Source: an uncultured Nitrososphaerota archaeon (GTDB lineage Archaea > Thermoproteota > Nitrososphaeria > Nitrososphaerales > Gagatemarchaeaceae). From it: a DNA stretch of 64,000 nucleotides. This document shows, piece by piece, positions 56,934 to 64,000 of this stretch. Position numbers and translations under genes: made by a program. The notes under the pieces were generated by a model that saw only the letters and a list, made by a program, of their open reading frames with translations, was not told the DNA's origin and ran no database searches. Location of the stretch: positions 256,001-320,000 of the forward strand of contig OY969807.1 in assembly GCA_963703285.1 (NCBI GenBank), given 5' to 3'. Within the stretch, counting starts at the first letter, position 1; each line of letters opens with the position of its first letter.

Positions 56934-57329
56934 ATGGTCAAGCTCAACGAGAAGGCCGCAAGCGTCCTCAAGGGCAAGAACTTCGCATTCATCGCAACGA
57001 TAAACCCCGACGGCTCCCCTCATGTGAGTCCGGTCTGGGTGGACACCGACGGCACGAACGTCTTGATCAATACCGCGATCGCAAGGGTGAAGGAGCGAAA
57101 CGCGAAGAGGGACCCCCGCGTCGCCGTCGCCGTAACCGACGCAGCGAACCCCTACTATCGGGTAGTCCTCGACGGGAAGGTCACGGAGACGATCACCGGG
57201 AAGAGGGCGAACGACAGCATCGATTCTCTCTCCTTCAAGTACACGGGGAACAAGAAGTACCAGGCTGGCGGTTCCGGGGAGAAGCGGGTTCTCCTCGTCA
57301 TAAAACCGACCAGGATAAGAGAACAGTAG
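56934..57329 (+). CDS. PPOX-class probable F420-dependent oxidoreductase
   Basis: ATINPDGSPHVSPVWVD and K.RN..RDPRVAV. Confidence 0.9.
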   Translation: MVKLNEKAASVLKGKNFAFIATINPDGSPHVSPVWVDTDGTNVLINTAIARVKERNAKRDPRVAVAVTDAANPYYRVVLDGKVTETITGKRANDSIDSLSFKYTGNKKYQAGGSGEKRVLLVIKPTRIREQ

Positions 57330-57391
57330 GCGTCGGCCTCGAGAGTCCACAGACGGGACGCGGCCTCGCCATAGGCCGGAGCGGGCCGACG

Positions 57392-58333
57392 ATGCCGAAG
57401 CAGAGGCTCTTCACCTCCGACGGACGGTCTCTCCTCGAGAGGACCTTGGAAGCTCCCGGACGTCTCCGCTGGGCGTGCTGGAACAGGTCCGGCGACACCT
57501 CGCTGATCGTCGGAGACCATGGGACGGTGCTTTTCTTCAGGGACGGCGACTCCAAGGCCCTGGAGTCTGGGACGACCGGCAACCTGAGGTGCGCCGACTA
57601 CGGGAGGGGAGAGACGGTCTACGCCTGCGGGAACAGCGGCCTCATCCTGAGGATCTCCGATGGGCATCCGGAGAGGATGCGCTTCGACGTGCGCGAGAAC
57701 CTTCGGCGGGTCGCGTCGGATCCCTCGGGCGAGAGGTCGCTCTTCGTGGGGAACTACGGCTCCGCCTACCTGCTCGGCCCGTCGCGATTCGAGACCATCC
57801 ACGGCGCGGACACGCACCTCCGCTCCGTCTCGTGGCACCCCGCCGGGGGATACGCGCTCGTCGCAGGGAACTGCTTCAGGGACTCGGTGGGAGGGCTCTC
57901 GCCCTCTCCCAACCTCTTCAGGTTCGAGGGGAGCTCGCTGAGGGACGTCTCTTCCCTGGCCGAGAGCAGGGCCGACCTCGTTGCGGGAAGCTGGAGGCCC
58001 GACGGCTCGTCGTGTCTCCTGACCGGTTTCGACCAGACCTGGCACACCCCCGTCCTGCTGTCCTACGAGGACGAGTCGCTGAGGGAGATTCCCTGGGTCG
58101 GTGGGAGCGTCTTCCCCACGGCCTGTGCCTGGCACCCCTCCGGGGAATACGCCCTGATCGGGACGAGCGCGATTACCTCCGAGGAGGGGACGGCAGCCCT
58201 CTACAGGTTCGACGGGAAGACGGTCACGAAGCTCTCGGGCCTCGGGGGGATGGGCGTTTCTTGCATCGCCTGGTCCCCGGGGGGCCTCGCCCTCATCATC
58301 GGGTCCAGGTCGACGAGGGCGTTCTCCGCCTGA
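57392..58333 (+). CDS. Beta-propeller repeat protein
   Basis: Repeated LR.v.W.P.G...L.vG blades. Confidence 0.8.
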   Translation: MPKQRLFTSDGRSLLERTLEAPGRLRWACWNRSGDTSLIVGDHGTVLFFRDGDSKALESGTTGNLRCADYGRGETVYACGNSGLILRISDGHPERMRFDVRENLRRVASDPSGERSLFVGNYGSAYLLGPSRFETIHGADTHLRSVSWHPAGGYALVAGNCFRDSVGGLSPSPNLFRFEGSSLRDVSSLAESRADLVAGSWRPDGSSCLLTGFDQTWHTPVLLSYEDESLREIPWVGGSVFPTACAWHPSGEYALIGTSAITSEEGTAALYRFDGKTVTKLSGLGGMGVSCIAWSPGGLALIIGSRSTRAFSA

Positions 58334-58351
58334 AGCCGCGCCCCGGCGGAG

Positions 58352-59488
58352 TCACGCGGTCGCGAAGAACGACTTCATCCCGTCCATCGCCCTTTCTATC
58401 GTCTCCTCTGGCGCCGCGAAGCAGAGCCGGAGGTGTTTCTCCCCAGAGGGGCCGAAGGCGGTTCCCGGCAGGACCGCGACGTTCTGCTCGCTGAGGAGCC
58501 TCCTCGACAGGTCGCGGGAGTTGAGCTTGAGCGTGTAGCCGGGGAAAGCGTAGAAGGAGCCCTCTATCCTCGGCGGGCGGAGCTTTGGTATCTCTGCCAT
58601 CCTGTCGCTGATCAGCTTCATCCTCTTGACGTACTCCGCCTTGAACTGCTGGACGAATCTGTCTCCCTTCCTCAGCGCGAAGGCCGACGCGCTCATTATG
58701 AACGGCGGGAAGCAGGTGACGGTGTGTTCGAGCAGCCTGTTGGCCAGCTTGATCCTCTCTTCGGATCCTACTATGTAGCCTGCCGTCCAGCCGGGCATCG
58801 AGTAGCTCTTCGAGAGCGTGTAGAGCGACATGACCAGTCGTGGCTCCTTCTCCAGGGAGCCGATGGAGACGTGTTTCTTGGCGTACACGAGGTCCTCGTA
58901 GGCCTCGTCGCTGAGCACGTACATCCCCCTCTCCGCGCAGAAGTCATAGAGCTCACGAAGCTCCCGCGATCCGTAGACCGTCCCGCAGGGGTTCGAGGGC
59001 GTGTTGATCACGATCGCCCTGGTCTTGGGACCCGTCCGCCTCCTGATCTCGTCCAGGTCGAGACCGAAGGTCGGCGACAGCCCGTAGCGGACGGGACGTC
59101 CCCCGGTGAGGATAACGGGCTCGGAGTAGAAGTACCCGGGATCGGGGACGAGGACCTCGTACGACCGCTGCGAGACGGACGCGAGGGAGGCGAAGACGGC
59201 CATCTTGGCGGTGACGAAGATGGTGTTCTCGACCTTCGCCCTTATGCCGTTCTTCCTCCTGACCTTCTCGACTATCGCCTCCCGGACTTCGAGCGTGCCG
59301 TAGGAGTGCGCATAGTGGGTCCCGCCGCTGAGCATGCTTGCGTGGGCCACGTCCGCTATCTCCTTCGGGGTGTCGAAGGAGGGGTCTCCGGGCGCGAGCG
59401 AAATCACCTCCTCTCCTCTGCTCTTCTTCTCAAAGACGAGGTTTATCATCTCGAGCGAGGGTGAGTCGCCCAGTTTCTCGAGGAACAA
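58352..59488 (-). CDS. Class I/II PLP aminotransferase (aspartate aminotransferase-like)
   Basis: GDPSFDTP, NTPSNPCG, SDEAYE, SKSYSMPGW. Confidence 0.92.
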   Translation of the reverse strand: MFLEKLGDSPSLEMINLVFEKKSRGEEVISLAPGDPSFDTPKEIADVAHASMLSGGTHYAHSYGTLEVREAIVEKVRRKNGIRAKVENTIFVTAKMAVFASLASVSQRSYEVLVPDPGYFYSEPVILTGGRPVRYGLSPTFGLDLDEIRRRTGPKTRAIVINTPSNPCGTVYGSRELRELYDFCAERGMYVLSDEAYEDLVYAKKHVSIGSLEKEPRLVMSLYTLSKSYSMPGWTAGYIVGSEERIKLANRLLEHTVTCFPPFIMSASAFALRKGDRFVQQFKAEYVKRMKLISDRMAEIPKLRPPRIEGSFYAFPGYTLKLNSRDLSRRLLSEQNVAVLPGTAFGPSGEKHLRLCFAAPEETIERAMDGMKSFFATA

Positions 59489-59525
59489 GGATGGGGAGGG
59501 CGGGGAGTGGAATCTTAAATGTTCT

Positions 59526-61028
59526 TCAGAACCCCGCCGGAAGCCCCTCGCCCCTGACATCGCAGACGCCCTTCAGGCAACCCTCCATGAGCTCTACGCC
59601 CTGCGCGACCCCCGTGGGTCCGGGATAGGCGACCACCTCGTGCTTCGCGCCCAGACCTTCGAGACCCGAGTATCCCTCCTCGACCCTCAGCCCCGCCTGG
59701 CCGTCCCAGAGGAACCGGGGGAAGTCGATCGCCCTCTCCAGGCTCATGGCGTGGTCCACGAGGTTGGTCACGAGGAGCGCGTGCTGCTGGGGCCTGTACT
59801 CCCCGCCGCTGCAGCCCGCCGCGAAGGTCGGCCGGCCATCCCTGAACAGTATGAGCGAGGAGAGGGTGTGGAGGGGCCTCTTCCGGGGCTCGAGCTTGTT
59901 CGGTCCAGCCATCGCGAAGGCCGACCCCCTGTTGTTGAGGAAGAAGCCGCAGTCCTCCAGGAACACCCTCGAGCCGAAGTGGTGGAAGAGGCTCTGGATG
60001 CACGAGAGCAGGTTCCCCTCCCGGTCGGCCACTGCGAAGTAGGTCGTGTCCGCCTCGTCTATCCGCCTCTGCGCACCAGCCGCTCCACGAGACCCAAGGA
60101 AGTCCTCTAGGTCGAACCCCACGAACCTCGGATCACCCAGCATCCTGTCCCTGGCGGCGTAGGCCTCCTTCGCTGCCCCGACGGTCGCCCCGACCCTCTC
60201 TGCGGTCGCCGGTCCGTACCTCCCAATCCCGTCATCCTCCAGAATCTTCAGCATCAGCAGTGTCGTGGCTCCCATGCTGTTCGGGGGGACCTCGAAGACC
60301 TCCGACCCCCCGTATGGCATCCTGAGCGGGTCCGTCCACTCGGGTTCGAACGAAGCCACGTCCTCCTCGCTCGCCTCGAACCCGCCGGAGGCGAAGGCCT
60401 CGCGGATTGACCTGGCGGGTCCGCCGCCGTAGAAGACCTCCGGCCCTCCTCGGGCCACCTCTCGAAGCGTCGCGGCCAGCCTCGGCTGCCTGAGGACGCT
60501 GCCGACCGCAGGTAGAGTCCCATCCGCGCCGAAGACCTTCCTGGCGCTCGGAGCGAGCTCGGCCCCGACCGCGGCGAGGGACCTCACGAGCCCCGGACCG
60601 ATGGGGAACCCCTCCTCTGCGAGACGCGTCCCGTCCTCCAGGGTTCTCGAGAACTCTAGGACTCCGAACCTTCTCTGCATATGGTGGACGCCCCTGAGAT
60701 AGCCGGGGATCACCGCGCTCCCGGGACCGAAGAGTGGCACCCCCTCGCGACCCGACCTCCTCATCCCATCCACCGTCATGGACGAGGGAGCCCACCCGCT
60801 AGAGTTCAGACAGAGCACCTTGCCTTCGCTCGCGTGGTAGAGCAGCGCGAAGAAGTCACCGCCGAGCCCGCTCAGGTGGGGCTGGGTAACGGCGAGGGCG
60901 AAGCTTGCGGCGGCCGCTCCGTCGAACGCGTTACCTCCCCGCTCGATCGCTTTGCAGGCCGCCATCGAGGCAAGGGGATGTTCCGTCGCCGCTACGGCTC
61001 CTCCGGCCATCATCACCTTCCCGGGCAA
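59526..61028 (-). CDS. ggt: Gamma-glutamyltransferase family protein
   Basis: GGNAFDGA, SGLGGDFF, DTTYF nucleophile, LNNRG, KRPLHTL; real start about 61028 (TATA at about 61055), not 62369. Confidence 0.92.
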   Translation of the reverse strand: MPGKVMMAGGAVAATEHPLASMAACKAIERGGNAFDGAAAASFALAVTQPHLSGLGGDFFALLYHASEGKVLCLNSSGWAPSSMTVDGMRRSGREGVPLFGPGSAVIPGYLRGVHHMQRRFGVLEFSRTLEDGTRLAEEGFPIGPGLVRSLAAVGAELAPSARKVFGADGTLPAVGSVLRQPRLAATLREVARGGPEVFYGGGPARSIREAFASGGFEASEEDVASFEPEWTDPLRMPYGGSEVFEVPPNSMGATTLLMLKILEDDGIGRYGPATAERVGATVGAAKEAYAARDRMLGDPRFVGFDLEDFLGSRGAAGAQRRIDEADTTYFAVADREGNLLSCIQSLFHHFGSRVFLEDCGFFLNNRGSAFAMAGPNKLEPRKRPLHTLSSLILFRDGRPTFAAGCSGGEYRPQQHALLVTNLVDHAMSLERAIDFPRFLWDGQAGLRVEEGYSGLEGLGAKHEVVAYPGPTGVAQGVELMEGCLKGVCDVRGEGLPAGF

Positions 61029-61125
61029 GGGACCCCAAGACCGTGCCCGCCCAATAAAAGCATGTCCCGTCCGGGGTCGCGGGAGCGGCTCAAGAGATAA
61101 ATCTCGTACAACGGTCCTCCCCACG

Positions 61126-62115
61126 ATGAAGAGAATCGGTTTCATCGGTCTCGGCATCATGGGAAGGCCGATGTCGCAGAACCTGCTCAGTGCAGGATAC
61201 CCCCTTACGGTCTTTAACAGGAGCAAGGGCGCCTCCGACGCGCTCGCCTCACTCGGAGCAAGGGTCGCAGCCTCGCCGAGAGACGTCGCGGCAGAGTCTG
61301 ACGTGGTGATAACGATGGTGACGGACACTCCCGACGTGGAACAGGTCATCCTCGGGCCCCGGGGCGTCATCGAGGGCGCCAGGAAGGGCCTCGTCGTGAT
61401 AGACATGAGCACCATCTCGCCGAAGGCGACCCGCGAAATCTCTTCGAAGCTGGCCGGGGTCGGCGCGCAGATGCTGGACGCCCCCGTGAGCGGCGGGGAC
61501 AAGGGCGCCCGCGAAGGCACTCTCACTATAATGGTCGGCGGGCCGGAGGAGGCTTTCAATGACTGCCTCCCCGTGCTCCAGGCGATGGGGAAGAAGGTCG
61601 TCCTGATGGGCGGTCCGGGCTCCGGGCAGCTGACCAAGCTCGCCAACCAGATCCTCGTGGCGGGCAACATGATGGGCGTCTGCGAGTGCCTCGTCTTCGC
61701 CAGGAAGGCGGGGCTCGACCCGAGGACCGTCATCGAATCGCTCTCGGCCGGGGCTGCCTCGTCATGGAGCCTCGTGAACCTGGGTCCCAGGGCTGCGGAC
61801 GGGGACTTCGCGCCCGGCTTCAAGGTCAAGCTCCTGCAGAAGGATCTCAGGCTCGTCCTCGGCACCGCCGATGACCTAGACGTCTCGCTCCCCAACACCA
61901 GCCTCGCCCACCAGCTGTACAACGCACTGGACGCCGCCGGGGAGGGGAATAAAGGAACCCAGGCTCTGATAAAGGTATACGAGCGCTTGTCGGGGTTCTG
62001 CTTCGTTAGCGGGGTGATGGGTCGGGGTGGTTCATTTGGGGTGATTCGTCGCACCATGAGCGATTTCCGAGATTGCTTCGGTTCCTGTAACTCCTCGTCG
62101 GAATCGTCTTGGTGA
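61126..62115 (+). CDS. NAD-dependent beta-hydroxyacid dehydrogenase (GarR/3-hydroxyisobutyrate DH family), C-terminus extended into foreign DNA
   Basis: IGFIGLGIMG, DAPVSGG, GSGQLTKLANQ, KDL; homology appears to end at YERLSG (about 61995). Confidence 0.92.
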   Translation: MKRIGFIGLGIMGRPMSQNLLSAGYPLTVFNRSKGASDALASLGARVAASPRDVAAESDVVITMVTDTPDVEQVILGPRGVIEGARKGLVVIDMSTISPKATREISSKLAGVGAQMLDAPVSGGDKGAREGTLTIMVGGPEEAFNDCLPVLQAMGKKVVLMGGPGSGQLTKLANQILVAGNMMGVCECLVFARKAGLDPRTVIESLSAGAASSWSLVNLGPRAADGDFAPGFKVKLLQKDLRLVLGTADDLDVSLPNTSLAHQLYNALDAAGEGNKGTQALIKVYERLSGFCFVSGVMGRGGSFGVIRRTMSDFRDCFGSCNSSSESSW

Positions 62116-62366
62116 TAACTGTCGTCGGATTTGACCGCCGCCTTCTTTGGGTGCCTGAAACGGTAGTTGCTTTCTGATTGGTAGCCCGCCAGTGCGAGTC
62201 TTTGCATCACCCGCTCAGGAAGAATGTGCTTGTGCCAAAAGCCGTCTCTTCCTCTGAGGTAAAGGATGTTCCCTTCCAGTCGGTAAGGTCTGGTGCAGAT
62301 GTGCTCTTCCATCTCTTCAAGAATGACCCTCGCCCCGCATCTGGGGCACAGGACGATTGAATCCAT
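61994..62366 (-). CDS. Passenger zinc-finger protein with no stop inside the element
   Basis: CPRC...EEHIC; start overlaps the upstream stop codon. Confidence 0.55.
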
Positions 62367-63085
62367 CAAGGGCCTTGCACTACTTCGGTCTCGGTGAGTA
62401 GTTCATCCAGCATGATTTCGAAGAAGTGCAAGTCCTTCGCGTTGAGGGCGACAGACTTGATGAGGCTGTTCTCATTCCTTTTGAGCCTCTTGTTTTCCTT
62501 GCTCTGAGACTTGAGTTGCTTCTGCATTTCGTCGCGTTGACTCTTCAGTCTGCCCACGTAATCTCTGAGTTGCATCAACTCCTCATTCAGCATCTTCGCT
62601 GTCTGGGCGGGACTCTGAACCTCTTTGCTGTCCGAATCGAGTTCTTCAAGGTCTTCCTCGATTACCTCAAGGTCTGCGAGGTCAAATCCTGCTCTCAGCA
62701 GTTCGGTTTCTGCCTGTTCCAAGGTGCCGACTCTGTGTACGGTGAAGTCATAGAGGCCACCTTCTCCATCCCATCCCATCTTGCTGAGTTTTGAAAGCGC
62801 CTCAGCCGTAAATTCTAAGCGCTCTTTGAGTTCTTGACCCTTGCTCCGCATTTCAGCGATCAGTTCAGTCGTGAGAACGCCGTTTTCAAATCCCTGAATT
62901 TCCCAACTGGGTTTGCCGAAAAGGAAGAGTGTGGTCGAAATCACGATGCTTGGTGACTTTTGCTTCTTGATTCGGGGTGGCGCTTCTGAGACGAGGGTTT
63001 CTGAGATTCCTGTGTGAGAGGACATCATCTGCTCCTCGTCCATCTCATCAAAGGCTTTGGCGGCTCGCAATGCTTCTTCCTTCAA
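62366..63085 (-). CDS. Passenger hypothetical protein with C-terminal coiled coil
   Basis: 239-aa ORF, overlapping start/stop with both neighbours. Confidence 0.7.
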   Translation of the reverse strand: MKEEALRAAKAFDEMDEEQMMSSHTGISETLVSEAPPRIKKQKSPSIVISTTLFLFGKPSWEIQGFENGVLTTELIAEMRSKGQELKERLEFTAEALSKLSKMGWDGEGGLYDFTVHRVGTLEQAETELLRAGFDLADLEVIEEDLEELDSDSKEVQSPAQTAKMLNEELMQLRDYVGRLKSQRDEMQKQLKSQSKENKRLKRNENSLIKSVALNAKDLHFFEIMLDELLTETEVVQGP

Positions 63086-63273
63086 TGCTTCTCTCCCTTT
63101 CTATGCCTCTTCATGGCCTCGGTGACTTCCTTGGGTAAAGCGTCTCTTCTGGGCTTATTCCAATACGGTGACTTGCACTTCGGGCAAATCACAGGCTCCC
63201 CTTCCGTAGTCGCCCTCGGCACCCAAGTATGACCGCACCTCTCGCACTTGTATCCTTCCAGCATCAACTTCAT
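63082..63273 (-). CDS. Passenger small zinc-ribbon protein
   Basis: CERCGHTW...CPKCKSPYWN. Confidence 0.75.
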   Translation of the reverse strand: MKLMLEGYKCERCGHTWVPRATTEGEPVICPKCKSPYWNKPRRDALPKEVTEAMKRHRKGEKH

Positions 63274-63419
63274 TAGTTGTGTGCACTTACCTTTTACATA
63301 TATACTTAGTGCATAGGCTTTAGCACATATCTGCTAATAAGCCACCCCCAAAACATCTCTCTATGGGAGTAGTGTTATATACCCGTTGGGTGATACCTAT
63401 TAGGTATGAGCCCAGAACA

Positions 63420-64000
63420 ATGGCGAAAGGTCAGACGCATCCGAAGGAGAAGGGGATTTTGAGCAACCCCTCACCTTCCGACGCGCGAATGACAAGGGGT
63501 CTTGAGATTGCCAAGATGAACGTCATAGCAGAGAATCCTGACGGCTCTTTCAGCGTTCCTTCGCAATCGGTTGAGGAAATAGCATATCTGGTAAGGGCGA
63601 TTGACGGTGAGTATCTCTGCAACTGTCTGGACTTCAAGCAGAGGCGCGAGCAAATCAAGGCGTGCAAGCACATCCACGCGGTTCGATTCTGGGTCGCTGC
63701 ACAGGTCGAGTTAGAACAAAAGCCCAAGCCCAAGGTCTTCGCGGACGACGCGACCCAATGCCCCAAGTGCGGCTCAATCCGAGTAGTCAAGTGCGGAAGG
63801 AGCAGGGGCAAGCAGGCTTTCAGGTGCAACGACTGTCTGCACAGGTTCAGGGAGCAGAGCCTGATCCGACGGTCGAGGTATTCGCCAGAGATGGTCAGCC
63901 TCACTCTCGACCTTTATTTTTCTGGAATGTCGCTCAGGAAGATTTCTCGGACAGTGAACAATCACTTTGACCTGAACCTCGGAAATGCGACAATCTATCG
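63420..64000 (+). CDS. IS6-family-like transposase, N-terminal part (SWIM, Zn ribbon, HTH); not in ORF track
   Basis: CNCLDF...CKHIHAV, CPKCGS...FRCNDC, LDLYFSGMSLRKI; frame open to the window edge. Confidence 0.85.
   Translation, partial: MAKGQTHPKEKGILSNPSPSDARMTRGLEIAKMNVIAENPDGSFSVPSQSVEEIAYLVRAIDGEYLCNCLDFKQRREQIKACKHIHAVRFWVAAQVELEQKPKPKVFADDATQCPKCGSIRVVKCGRSRGKQAFRCNDCLHRFREQSLIRRSRYSPEMVSLTLDLYFSGMSLRKISRTVNNHFDLNLGNATIY

Larger units (their letters stand above)
61994..64000. mobile_element. IS6-like element with passenger genes (right end outside window)
   Basis: Abrupt GC drop; left end GGTTCTG resembles IS6-family terminal repeats; GGGGTG at 62011, 62024 and 62038; transposase at 63420. 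Confidence 0.75.

Noticed and set aside
59527-62000. 10-bp inverted repeat CAGAACCCCG/CGGGGTTCTG flanking ggt and the dehydrogenase as an invertible or composite element
   Set aside because: Short, the left copy is just the last codons of ggt, and no recombinase is adjacent; probably chance
59526-62369. 947-aa ORF as a real Zn-finger/GGT fusion protein
   Set aside because: The middle third is the antisense shadow of the dehydrogenase gene, and ggt has its own TATA box and start near 61028
1-64000. Intact tRNA, rRNA or CRISPR loci
   Set aside because: None seen; only the degenerate tRNA-like fragment at about 36361-36402

Overview
High-GC archaeal chromosome segment, most likely a Nitrososphaerota (Thaumarchaeota) lineage: the largest RNA polymerase subunit is a single fused RpoA, and many genes have TATA boxes about 25 nt upstream of the start. 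The core cluster rpoB-rpoA-rpl30e-nusA-rps12-rps7 and tuf is interleaved with accessory DNA. The rest encodes transporters (ABC-2, MMPL, two DHA2 MFS), a B12 radical SAM enzyme, hisC, Lhr helicase, an aminotransferase, GGT and a beta-hydroxyacid dehydrogenase. The window ends in an IS6-like element with passenger genes. Best candidates for undescribed systems: (1) a surface redox chain of a membrane-anchored tandem DOMON-like protein plus an FdnI-type cytochrome b, near two Tat-exported GMC dehydrogenase pairs that sit on coiled-coil stalks and have no cytochrome c subunit; (2) a tandem Lrp-like regulator facing a 41-aa hydrophobic peptide gene with its own promoter and terminator, resembling peptide-pheromone loci; (3) stand-alone RING-like, AN1 and HiPIP-like microproteins. 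All family calls come from reading motifs by eye; no searches were run and several start codons are estimates.
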